Below, piece by piece: positions 1 to 11,663 of a stretch of 64,000 nt of DNA (its first letter is position 1; every line of letters begins with the position of its first letter). Location: the NCBI RefSeq assembly GCF_963921235.1, contig NC_086097.1, forward strand, positions 49,726,001-49,790,000, read 5' to 3'. A program made the translations under genes and the position numbers. Source of the DNA: Mobula hypostoma (Eukaryota). A model generated the notes under the pieces. The model was given only the letters and a program-made list of their open reading frames with translations. It made no database searches and had not been told where the DNA came from.

Positions 1-410
1 TTGGGTTGCCTCCAACCTGACGACATGAACATCGATTTCTCAAACTTCCAGTAGTGCCCCCTCCCACTCCTTCACCATTTCCCAGTTCCATTTCCCTCTT
101 TCTCCTTATCTCCTTACCTACTCCTCTTCTTCCCTTTTTTCCATGGCGTTCTGTCCTCTCCTATCAGATTCTGCCTTCTCCAGACCTTTATCTTTTTCAC
201 CTATCGACTTCCCAGCTCTTTCCTTCACCCCTCTCCCCCTCCCAGTTTCACCTACCACCTTCCTCCCCCACTCCCACCTTCTCACACTAACTCCTTACCA
301 TTTTTCTCCAGTTCTGATGAAGGGCTTCGGCCCAAAACATCGACTGTTAACTCTTGCACGGATGCTGCCTGGCCTGCTGAGTTCCTCCGGCATTTTATCT
401 GTGTTGCTAA
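1..410 (+). mobile_element. Penelope-like element 3' end (GIY-YIG C-terminus, pyrimidine-rich UTR, pseudo-LTR)
   Basis: Begins LGCLQPDDMNIDFSNFQ*, matching the ORF ends at ~56430-56490 and ~57890-57950. Followed by a CT-rich tract, a hammerhead motif and gatgctgcctggcctgctgagttcctcc, as in the other copies. Confidence 0.8.
309..346 (+). ncRNA. Degenerate minimal hammerhead ribozyme motif
   Basis: CAGTT-CTGATGA-A-GGGC(TTCG)GCCC-AAAA-CATC-GACTG. GAAA>AAAA and CGTC>CATC are CpG-type decays. Confidence 0.65.
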
Positions 411-499
411 AGAGAGATTTATTTTTTTGCATGAATTTACAGGAAAAAGAAGTGCAATAGAATGTTTTCAAAAAAAATTATAAGTAGACAAAGACTGAA

Positions 500-1970
500 A
501 AAGAAGTCAAAATGGGGCAAATAAAAAATAATACCGAAATCATGAGTTCTGAAGAGTCCTTTTGAAAAGTCATAGAATAAGTTCAGAGTAGTGGTAAATG
601 AAGTTATCCACATTGGTTCAGGAGCCTGATGGTTTAGGATAATGACTGTTCCTGAAGCTAGTAGTGTAGGCCCTAAGGCTTTTGGCCCATGGTAGTAGCA
701 AGAAGAATGCACGGCCCGGATGGTGGAGGTCGTTTATGATAAATGTTGCTCTGCTGCAGTAGTGCTCCATGTAAATGTAGTCAATAGTGGGGGAGGGGGG
801 TTGTAGCTGTTTCCTGTCCTAGAATTTTAAAGTTACAGACCCTGTCCACCTCCTTGCTCCTATTACAGACTGTCTCATGGCTCCCCAATTCTTCCTCCTG
901 CAGCCAATAATTATCCCTTTGCAACACGTACAAAATGCTGGAGGCACTCAGCAGGCCAGGCAGCATCTATGGATAAAGGTATAAAGGTACAGTTGACGGT
1001 TCAAGCCACTGAGCTCCCACCGAAAATCATCTCTTTAGTTTTGTTGACTTTGAGTGAGTGGCTGTTGTTGTGGCACCACTCAACAGGATTTCCATTCAGC
1101 CTTCCATGTGCTGATTTGTCACCACCTATGATTTGGCCAACAACCGTGGTGTCGTCAGCAAGCATTAGTGGCGTACATAGCCTTGTGGTCATGAGTGAAG
1201 CAGGGGTCTAAGCACGCAGCCTTGTCGTGCATCTATGCTCATGGCAGATGTGGCGATGCCTGTGAGAAAAAGAAGGAAGCAAACGTTGGGTTTTGGAGTT
1301 CGGGGATGAGCAAAACCCTTAATGGCTAAAAAGATTAGAATCAGAATCAGTTTTATTGCCAATAACTTATCTGATATTTAATTTGTTGTTTTGCAGCAGC
1401 AGTATAGTACCAAGACACAAAAATTACTATAAATTACTATAGATAAATTGTGCAAGTACATTGGGTTTAGGAGGTTGGGGATGACTGTTTCCTTTGATAA
1501 CTATAAAAAGATTAGGAATACTCTTAAAATACTCCATCATTGGGGACCCCCACCACCCAGGACATGCTCTCTTCTCACTGCTGCCATCAGGAAGAAGGTG
1601 CAGGAGCCTCAGGATTCACACCACCAGGTTCTGGAACAGTTACTACCCCTCAACCATCAGGCTCCTGAATCAAGGGGATAACTACATTCAACTTCATTTG
1701 ATCCCAGTGATCTCACAACCTATGGACTCACTTTCAAGGACGCTTCATCTCATGTTTTCGATATTTATTGCTTATTTATTTATTATTATTAATTTTTTTT
1801 TGTATTTGCAATTTGTTGTCTTTTGCACACTGGTTGAATTCATCCAAGTTGGTCTTTCAATGATTCTATTATGGTTATTATTTGTTGCATACATCCGGAG
1901 AAAATGACTCTCAGGGTTGTATATGGTGACATATATGTACTTTTATAATAAATTTACCTTGAACTTTGAA
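500..1970. mobile_element. Cluster of Rex1/Babar-type LINE fragments (both strands) plus a short Penelope pLTR piece at ~920-1005 (-)
   Basis: ORF 1001-1192(-) LADDTTVVGQI...WCHNNSHSLKVNKTKEMI. ORF 1494-1907(+) IIGDPHHPGHALFSLLPSGRR..RFWNSYYP, then aataaa and a (ctttgaa) tail. Confidence 0.75.
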
Positions 1971-1974
1971 AATG

Positions 1975-2676
1975 GAAATCAGGAGGGCAAAGAGAGAGCA
2001 TGAGATGGATCTGGCAAGCAAGGCCTGAAGGTTCTGTAGCTATATTAAGACTGGAAAGGAGGCTAGGGAGAGAGCACATCCCATTAGAGATTGGTAGGGC
2101 CCCTTGTGTTTTGAGCCGTAGGAGATGAGTAGGATTTGTAACAAATATTTCTCCTCAGTGTTTATGAACAAGATCGTGTCTGCTCAAAAGATAAGGTCAA
2201 CAGGTGGAGAGGTTTTGGAGAACGTTCAAATAAACAAGGAGAGGTATTCACAGCCTTATGGTGCATTAAAGTGGATAAATCCCCCATGCTTAACTGAATG
2301 CATCTGCAGACTTTGTGGGTGATGGACAGGAAATTATGGAAGCTCTTGCAGACGTATTTGCTTCATCACTGGCCAGTGGTGAAGTTCCCAAAGACTGGAA
2401 GGTGGCTAATGTTGTTTCATTATTTATAAAGATAGCAAAGACAAGCCAGAAAACTGCAGGCCGGAGATCAGTAATGGGGAAGGTACAGGGGGAAATTCTG
2501 AAGGACAAGATCTAACACCATTTCGATAGACAGAGTCTGATTAGGAGAAGTCAGCCTGGCTTTGTGCATGGGAGGTCACCTTCGATAAATGTTTTAGAGA
2601 CTTTTGAAGCAGTAATCAAAAAGGTAGGGCAGTAGTTGATGTCCATTTGGACTAGTGAGACCTTCAACAAGGTCCT
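1975..2676 (+). mobile_element. Old CR1 LINE ORF2 fragment, left part (continues at 7474-7820)
   Basis: EALADVFASSLASGEVPKDWKVANVVSLF. It breaks at ttcaacaaggtcct and resumes at tcctgcatggtaagctggtctggaagg (the KVPHGKL motif). Confidence 0.75.
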
Positions 2677-5600
2677 TAAGACCATTCAGCCCATTGAGTC
2701 TGCTCTGCCATTTCATCATGGCTGATCTCAGATCCCCCTCAACCCCATACACCTGCCTTCTCACCATATCCTTTGATGCACTGACCGATCAGGAAACGAT
2801 CAACTTCCACTTTAAATATGCCCACGGACTTGACCTCTACTGCAATCTGTGACAGAGCATTTCACAGATTCACAATTCTTTTGGCTAAAATAAATCCTCC
2901 TTACCTCTGTTTTAAAAGGTCACCCCTCAATTTTGTGGTTGTGCCCTCTAATTCCGGATACCCCCACCAGAGGAGATATCCTCTCCACCTCCACCCCATC
3001 CAGTCATTTCAACATTCAGTAGGTTTCAATGAGATCCCCCCGCAGTCTTCTAAACTCCAGTGAGTACAGGCCCAAAGCTGCCAAATGCTTCTCATATGTT
3101 AACCCCTTCATTCCCAGAATCATCCTTGTGAACCTCTTCTGGACTCTCTCCAACGACAATACATCCATTCTGAGATAAAGGGCTCAAAACTGTTGACAAT
3201 AATCCAAGTGTGGCCTGACTGGTGTCTCATAAAGGCTCAGCGTTATCTCTTTGCTTTTATATTCTATTCTCCTTGAAATAATTGCATCTGCCTTCTTTAC
3301 CACAGACTCAACCTGTAAATTAACATCTTATACAAGGACTCCTAAGTCCCTCTGCACCTCTGATGTTTGAACTTTCTCCCCATTTAGATGATAGTCCGCA
3401 CTATTGTTCCTTTTACCAAAATGCATTATCACACATTTCCCAACACTGTATTCCATCCGCTACTTTTTTCCCATTCTTCCAATTTGCTTAAGTCCTGCTG
3501 CAATCACATTGCTTCCTCAACACTACCTATCCCTCCACCTATCTTTGCATCATCTGCAAACTTCACCACAAAGCCACCAATTCCATTATCCAAATCACTG
3601 ACAAACAATGTGAAAAGTAAAGGTCCCAATACTGATGCCCGAAGAACAGTTCTTAGTCACCGGCAGTCAACCAGAAAAGGCCCCTTTTATTCCCACTCGC
3701 TGCCTCCTGCCTGTCAGCCATTCCACTATCCATGCCAGAATCTTTCCTGTAACATCACAGGATTTTATCATGTTCAGCGATCTCATGTGTGGCACCTTAT
3801 CAAACGTCTTCTGAAAATCCAAGTAAATGACATCCACTGCCTCTCCTTTGTCCATCCTGCTTGCTACTTCCTCGAAGAATTCTAACAGATTTGTCAGGCA
3901 AGATTTCCCTTTTCAGAAACCATGCTGACTTCGACATTTTATCATTATTCTCCCAGTACCCCGAAACCTCATCCTTAATAATAGACTCTAACACTTTTAC
4001 AACCACTGAAGTTAGGCTAACTGACCTATAGTGTCTTTTGCCTTCCTCCCTTCTTAAAGAGTGGAGTGACATTTGCAGTGTTCCAGTCCTTCAGGACCAT
4101 GCCAGAATCAAGTGATTCTTGAAATATCTTGACCAATGCATCCGTTATCTCTTCAGCAACCTCTCTCAGGATTCTGGGATGTAGTCCATCTGGTCCAGGT
4201 GACTTGTCCAGCTTACGACCTTTGAGTTTACCTCACAACTTTTTCCCTTGTAATCGCAATGGCACTCACTCCTGCTATCTGACACTCGTGGACCTCTAGC
4301 ACACTGCTAGTGTCTTCCACAGTGAAAACAGATGCAAAGTAATAGGCGGGAGGAGAAGATGGCGGCGCAACACAGCTCGCAGCGACCACTCCAGTGGTGA
4401 TGTCTGTTATTTGTCAAGTAGGGTGCTGTGCGCAATCCTGATTTGATGGAGACGGACATGAGAGCACAGAGTAACATCTGGTGAAACTTCTGAAATGCCT
4501 GCTTCGCTGCTGCTGCTACTGTGTGGTCCAGAATCTCTGGAGGGGAAGGCCCCGAGTCCTCGGCTTTGCTTGTTGCTCAGCGGCCGGGGTGGGGTCAAAG
4601 TGCTCGGCAGAGGATGGTGCTCAGAGGGGCTGTGTCAGAGGGGCTGGTCGGAGGCTCGAAGTTTTGGACGGACTCAGAGTCCGCTGCGGTTGGGTGCTTC
4701 CAATGGTGCTGCATCGGCAAATTTGCGGCGCTTGGAGGTTCATGGCAGGGAGAGTTCCTCCCTTCTGCTGCCTGCGTGAGATGATGAGGCTATCAGGACT
4801 TTGAGACTTTTTTTTTTACCTTGCCCATAGTCTGCTCTTTATCAAATTATGGTATTGCTTTGCACTGTTGTAACTATATGTTATAATTATGTGGTTTTGT
4901 CAGCTTTGGTCTTGGTTTGTCCTGTGTTTTCTCATGATAGCATTCTGGAGGAATGTTGTATCATTTTTTAATGCATGCATTTCTAAATGACAATAAACGA
5001 GGACTGAGTGTCCTAATAATCTAAAAAAAATTACCCATTAAGTTAATCTACTATTTCTTTGTCCCCCATTACCACCTCACCAACATCATTTTCCAGTGCT
5101 CCAATATCAACTCTCACCTCCCTTTTACTCCTCACATAACTGAAAAAAAACTTTTGGTGTCCTGCTTTATATTATTGCCTACTCTGCCCTCATATTTCAA
5201 CTTTTTCCTTATAGATATTTTAGTTGCCTTTTGGTGGATTTTTAAAGCTTCCTAATCATCCAACTTCTCAGTCACTTTTGATACCTCATATGCCCTTTCC
5301 TTGACTTTTATGCAGTCCTTAACTTCCTTTGTCAGCCACAGTTACTTACCCCTGCCATTTGAGAACTTCTTCCTCTGTGGAACATATCTATCCTGCGCCT
5401 TGTGAACTATTCCCAGAATCTTCAACCATCTCTGCTCTGCTGTTATCCCTGCCAGTATCCTCCTCCAATCCACCTGGGCAAGCTCCTCTCTCATGCTCTT
5501 GTAATTTCCTTTATTCCATTGCGATACTGATACACGTGACTTATGCTTCTCCCGCTCAAATTGCAGTATGAATTCAATCACTTTATGATCACTGCCTCCT

Positions 5601-7473
5601 AAGGGTTCCTTTGTGTTGAGCTCCCTATTAAGATCTGGGTTATTACACAACACCCAATCTAAGACAGTCTTTCCCCGAGTAGGCTCAAGCACAAGCTGCT
5701 CTAAAAACCCATCTCGTAAGCATTCAACAAATTCCCTCTCTTGCAATCCAGCACCAACCTGATTTTCCCAAACCCCTTACATATTGAAGTCCCCCATTAC
5801 AAATGTGTCATAACCCCCATATCTTGGCTCCTATTTGGAAGCCTATATATGATTCTCATGTTTTATTTACCCTTGCAATTTCTTAACCCTACCCGCAAAG
5901 ATTCAACCCTATGTCATCTCTTTCTAAAGATGTAATTCCATCTCTTACAACAGAGCCATATCACCGCCTATGCCTTCCTGCCTGTCCTTTAGATACAAAA
6001 TATATCCTTTGATGTTAAGATCCCAACTATGGTCTTCTTTCAGCCATGACTCTGTGATGCCCACAACATCATACTGTCCAGCCTCAATTGCGCCACGAGT
6101 TCGTCCACCTTATTCCAAACGCTACGCACATTCAAATACAACACCTTCAATCCTGCATTCTTTGCCCTTTTGAATTTTGCCTCTGTGGTACAATTTAACT
6201 TTGCTCTGTCTGCATTTGTACCCAATCATTGGCTTGTCCTTCCTTACATTCATGTTACCACCATCATCTACTTGTAAACCTGCTGGTTCATCCTCAGCTC
6301 TATTATGCTGGTTCCCATCCTCCTGCCATATTAGTTCACTCTCAATTGCTCTGGTAAATCTGCCCCATAAGAATATTGGTCCCCCTTGGATTCAAGTGCA
6401 ACCCATCCCTTTTGTACAGGTCCCACCTGACCCAGAATAGGAACCAATTATCCAGAAATCAGAATCCCTGCCCCCTGTTCTAATTCTTCAGCACATATTT
6501 ATTTGCCACCTCATTCTATTCTTAACCTCACTGTCGCATGGCACAGGCAGCAATCCCGAGATTACTACCCTTGAGATCCTGCTTCTCAGCTTCCTTCCTA
6601 ACTCCCCGTACTCTTTTTTCAGGACTTCCTCCCTTTTTCTACACTTGTCGTAGGTGCCAATATGTACCATGACTTCTGGCTGCTTGCCTTCTCTTTTCGG
6701 GATATTGTGGACACATCTAGAAACATTGTGGACCCTAGCACCTGGGAGGGAAACTACCATCCATGTTTCCATTTTGCATCCACAGAATCACCTATCTACG
6801 CCCCTCACTATAGAGTCCCCTATTACTGCTGCCATCCTTTTCAGTTCCCTACCCTTCTGAGCCACAGGGCCAGATTCAGTGCCAGAAGCATGGCCGTTGT
6901 TGCTCCCCCCAGGTGGGTTCCCCCCACAGTACTCAAAATGGAGTACTTACTGTTGAGGGGAATGGCCACAGGGGTGCTCTCCACTATCTGACATTCTCCC
7001 TTCCTTCTCCTGACAGACAACCATTTATCTGTCTCCTGTAGCCTTGGGGTGTCTACCTCCCTGTAGCTCCTGTCTATTTCTGCTTCACTCTCCCGAACAA
7101 GCCGAAGGACATCGAGCTGCAGCTCCAGTTCCCTAACACGCTCTCTAAGGAGCTGCATCTCGATGCACCTGGTGCAGATGTTGCCATCAGGGAGGCTGGG
7201 AGCCTCCTGGAAATCCCATCTGACATCCAGAATAGAACTCTTGCTCTGTAGACATATCCCCTATTCTCTGAAGATATAAATAAGAAATAAGGAATGAACT
7301 TATCTACTTACCTTGCCTCTGCCTGTTCTCACCAAAACCTTATTACTCTGTCCCAGACTACTCCAATGACAACCACCCCCAGATAACCACTCCGCTAGGT
7401 AGTACCTCTCTTTTATAGAGACCTAGTTTTTAAACGATCTTCACCAGATCTGCGCAGGAATGCTTCTGTTGCA
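2677..7473 (-). mobile_element. Near full-length decayed CR1 LINE (5'UTR, ORF1 with SGNH-esterase-like domain, APE endonuclease, RT)
   Basis: ORF1: CTRCIEMQLLRERVRELE, VVSLPGARV..PEVMVHIGT..RVVISGLLP. EN: LKVLYLNVRS, LGGSDH. RT: VDVIYLDFQKTFDKVPH. The 4-bp duplication tcct at 2673-2676 and 7474-7477 bounds it inside an older CR1. Confidence 0.88.
4342..5030 (+). mobile_element. Non-autonomous retroposon (GC-rich head, AATAAA and A-tail) inserted in CR1
   Basis: Interrupts the CR1 sequence gatgcaaagta|cccatt. Starts ggcgggaggagaagatggcggcg and ends tgacaataaa...aatctaaaaaaaa. No recognisable coding domain. Confidence 0.7.
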
Positions 7474-7820
7474 TCCTGCATGGTAAGCTGGTCTGGAAGG
7501 TTAGGTCCTATGGAATCCAGGGAGAGCTGCTGTGGGAACCTTGTTATTCATTATTTATACAAATGATTTGTATGCAGATGCACAAGGCTTCATCAGTAAA
7601 TTTTTGTAACAAAATTAGGATGTGTTTTTTTGGTAGGTGTTGTCCATAAGATCAGTATCATTTAAGAAGCACTTGCATAGGTACATGGAGTGTAGGGCTT
7701 AGAGGGATATGGCCTGATCACAAGGAAATTGGGACGACTGGGTGGCACCACTGTCAGCATGGACTCATTGGAGCAAATGGCATGTATCCATGCTATATAG
7801 CACTGTGACTCTATGATTCC
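7474..7820 (+). mobile_element. Old CR1 fragments (right part of 1975-2676) with 3' end
   Basis: Degenerate RT pieces (ttgttattcattatttatacaaatgatttg) and a CR1-type 3' end (atttaagaagcacttg...ctgtgactctatgattc). Confidence 0.65.
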
Positions 7821-8047
7821 TTAACACTATGAAGTGGGACACAGGGACCTTACTGATTGACAGGATCAATAGAAGGTCTCTTTAACCAGTGAAATGGAAG
7901 CTTTGGAAAAGAAGTTTAGGACCGAGAAGCTGTATGAATCAAAGTTAAATGCTGAAAGAAAGGTTTGAAAGAAAAAAAAAACATATGGTAAAGGGGACAA
8001 ATGTACCAAACTTAGAAGTGACATTTAACTTTTAATTATGCAAAAGT

Positions 8048-8458
8048 CCTCCAAGAGGATCACAATCTTGTCGTAGGGTTTGGAGGCTTGTGTGCCTCAA
8101 TGACCTGGAGAGCTGTGTTGGCTGGAGTCAGGGCTTTATGCTTTGGCTCTTGGAAGATCACCCATGCCAAACAGGTCAAAGAGAAGAGGCCAGACTAATA
8201 GCGGTCCAGCAGTCCTCCAGGTTCAGGGGTTCAGCTCAAGGCTAACAACCCTGACTGGTAGAACAAAACTGTTATGGAAACAGCAATGAAGATTCCTTCT
8301 ACATCCTGAGTCTCCACCCGGGACTTGCATGACTGACAGAAGTGAAAACCGAGAGGAAGCTACTGACATTATGAAGGAAGCCCTGAACGCCACCAGAGAT
8401 GGAGGTCTTTCATTGCTGCCCCTAAATGCCAGCGGTGTAATTGGCAGTAAAATAAAAA
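8048..8458 (+). mobile_element. Bipartite non-autonomous RTE-derived element (RTE 5'UTR fused to RTE 3' end)
   Basis: 5' part resembles RTE 5'UTRs (ggcttgtgtgcctcaatgacc...cacccatgcc...ccagactaa...ggctaacaaccc). 3' part encodes WRSFIAA, like RTE ORF ends. TSD tatgcaaaagt (8037-8047) / tatgcagaagt (8459-8469). Confidence 0.7.
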
Positions 8459-9199
8459 TATGCAGAAGTAACTAAAACTAACACAGTGAAGTAAATAGTA
8501 ATGAATGCCAATGTTTATTAATAAACCAAAATCATTTTTACAAACATCAAATTATGAGAAAAAATTAAATTCCAGCTAATTTGTGAAAATTCAACATCAA
8601 AAGAATAGAATGTCCTCCAAAGCATCTTTTTCAAATCTAGCAACACCTTCTGATTACTAAATGAACTGTTACCTTTAGATCACTAAAATTCTATAACTAA
8701 CACTAATTTTTCTATGACTATTCTTTTATTATCTTCAATGAATGTTCTAAAAAATATGTAGATTTCTTATGGTCCCATAGAGTTTTTGAAATTATTGGAG
8801 TTATTTTTAATTAATGTTTCATAAAACAAAAGTAAAACATTTGATTCTACAATGTGTAATAAAAGCATTAGTACATAAATTTCAATGGTGGTGATTATAT
8901 TTTTATTCTATACTTTTTCCTTGCCTATTATAGTCATCTACTCTGTTTCAGATTTAAAATTAAATCTGTTTTCCAAATCTTAAAATAGTACAGATGGAAG
9001 CAATGAGAAATAAAGGCAGACAACACTCATGGACACTTAGATCAAGAAGCCTCCATACTCATCTTATGTACCTAAATCCTGGATAAAAGATTTGACAAAT
9101 AACCAGTACTGAAAACAATAGAGAAAGCAGGAGATAGAGGTATGCGGGAGAAGGCAAGGTGATTTGGAATGATGCTGGAACAAAGAGAAAATATAGATG

Positions 9200-9960
9200 A
9201 CATTTGAGATGCTGATCTCCAAGCCACAGTTGATGCTTTCACAGAAGCAGACAAGAAGATGAACCGCACACTCAATATTTATCAGCCAAACTTGGTTTAA
9301 TTGAGGAAAAGGGATTTTGAAGGACCACAGATCTAGAGTTCAAAATAAATTTCATTATCAAAGCACATATACTGTACATCATCATATACAACCCTGAGAC
9401 CTTTGTCAGCACGTTCAAAAAAACTACAGAATAATAACATTAACAGGAACAATGAAAGAATGCCCAACTAGGACATTCAACCAGTGTGAAGAGGAGTGAA
9501 AACTGCAAATACAAAAAGAAGAAATAATAATAATAATAAATAAATAAGCAATAAATATCAAGAAAATGAGATGAAGAGTCCTTGAAAGTTAAGTTTCGAA
9601 GACACTTCAATGATGGGGCAAGTGCAGTTGAGTGGTTATCCCTTTTGGTTCAAGAGCCTCATGGTTGAGGGTCATAACTGTTCCTAAAGCTGGTGGTGTG
9701 AGTCTTGAGGCTCTTGTGCCTTCTTTCTAATCGACTCTATTGTATGGCAGTGATCCCTGCTCTCCCGCTGTTCTTCTAGGCTTAGAATACCTGCAACAGA
9801 CACCACGGGACTGAAAAAATGCCACCAGCAAAGGTTCTGCAAAATCATCCACATTCTCGGGAAAAGGAGCTGAATGAGCGTCAGTCAATTCTCCTAGGCC
9901 AACGTCCCCAGTACTGAAGCCCGAGTTCCATCACTGAGATTCAGATGGCATTGATACCAG
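9200..9960 (+). mobile_element. Ancient RTE LINE RT remnants split by a Rex1-type 3' end (~9335-9730, -)
   Basis: ADLQATVDAFTEADKKMNRTLNI at ~9210-9280. Later HQQRFCKIIHI and ANVPSTEA, motifs typical of RTE ORFs. Confidence 0.5.
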
Positions 9961-10489
9961 AGTGAAGTCACTGCACAGTTTTCCATTAGTTTAGAACACT
10001 AGCTGCCCCACTGTCACAGGCACTTTGATGGAGGTGTGGTCCAGCGTCACAGCAAGAAACATTGAGAAAGGTTTTAGGGTAAAGAAACCTGGTTTCGTGC
10101 CTGTCTTCACTCAGATTGGCTGTACTTGTTAATATCATGGCCTGCATCTCATCATGGAGCTATCATTAGATGGTGATAAATTTCTTGGGGGGGGGGTTGA
10201 ATGCGTAGAGACTATTTTACAGTTTTTCTTGATCTAGGAAGGCTATAATGACATTGAAAAGGCCACTTTCAATGTCTGCTGCTGCTTTCTGCATTTCTAT
10301 TGAGTTATTGTGCAGTGAACAATAACCGGGTTATTTTAACTGAGTCAGCATGAGCTCGCGGGGCTGAAGGGCTGTTTTGCTCTATGATTCTACGAGACAG
10401 ACGTGAAATTAAACAGAAAGAACTGTAAATTCCTAATATGAAGATGAACAGACAATAATGGGAAAATAACATTATCATTCAATAAATAA

Positions 10490-11520
10490 TGAAATGACTT
10501 TTTGAAGATGCAACAAGAAAGTTGATGAGGGCAAGGCAGTAGATGGGAACTATTTGCTCTTCAGTAAGACTTAGACAAGGTTCCTCATGGTAGATTGCTC
10601 TAGAAGGTGAGATCACATGTAATCCATGGACAGCGAGCTAACTAAATACTGTATAGAATTGGCTTAATGGCAGGAAACAGAGCGTGATGTTGGAAAACTT
10701 TTCTTATCTGCAGGACAGTGACTCATGGTGTTCCCCAGAGCTCAGTGCTCAGTCCTTTGCTATTTGTCATCAATGATTTACTTCAGAATGTCAAGGCATG
10801 GTTAGTAACTTTGCAGATGTCAGTGAAGATTGTTATTAGGATTTACAGAAGAATCTTGATCAGCTGGGTAAGTGGGCAGAGGAACAGCGAATGGAGATTA
10901 AATCAGATAAGAGTTGAGTTTGCATTTTGGGAAAACAAAGTAAGGTAGGGCATTCATAGTGAATGGTAGGGCCTTAGGGATTGTTGCAGAACAAAGAGGC
11001 TTTGGAGTACAAGTACCTGGTTCTCTGAAAGTGGCATTGTAGATAGGGTAGTAAAGAATTCTTGTAGTACACCAGCCTTCACCAGTCAGAGCACTTAATA
11101 TTACAACTGCATCAGGATGTTTGTGATCCAGATTTGGCCTCATGGACAACATGTTGCGTCACCCTGATCACCCTGCTAAAGGAATGATGCCATTAAGCTG
11201 CAAAGAGTGCAGAGGATGTTGCTGGGGCTCGAGGGACTGAGTTGTGGAGAGAGTTGAGCAGGTTGAAACTTTTATCATTGAAACATAGGGAAATAAGGGG
11301 TGATCTTAGAGAAGTGTATAAATTTACGATGGGCATCGATAGGGTGATAGTCCACAGACTGTTTCCCAGGTACATGTACAATATTTAAAAGGAATTTAGA
11401 CAGATACATTGATAGGAAAGGTTTAGAGAGATATAGGCCAAGTGACCTTAGATAGGATTCTTGGTTGGCCTTGATCAGTTGGACCGAAGTCCATGGTCCA
11501 TGGTGTATGACTCTATAAAT
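10490..11520 (+). mobile_element. Old CR1 LINE RT and 3' end
   Basis: VTHGVPQSSVLSPLLFVINDL, many frameshifts, CR1 3' UTR. Confidence 0.8.
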
Positions 11521-11663
11521 CACTTCCTAGTTTGCTAGGGGTTAATGCTAACTTTTTAAAACCTAATTTTAACTAAAATGCCCATTATTTACTTATTTGA
11601 GGGACAAAATAATCACTGACAACATCAGCATATGTTGCCTATACATAATTTACCTGGAGAAGT

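Noticed and set aside
4481..4804. Three overlapping GC-rich ORFs as a gene
   Set aside because: No domain similarity; stops are rare because of high GC inside a retroposon.
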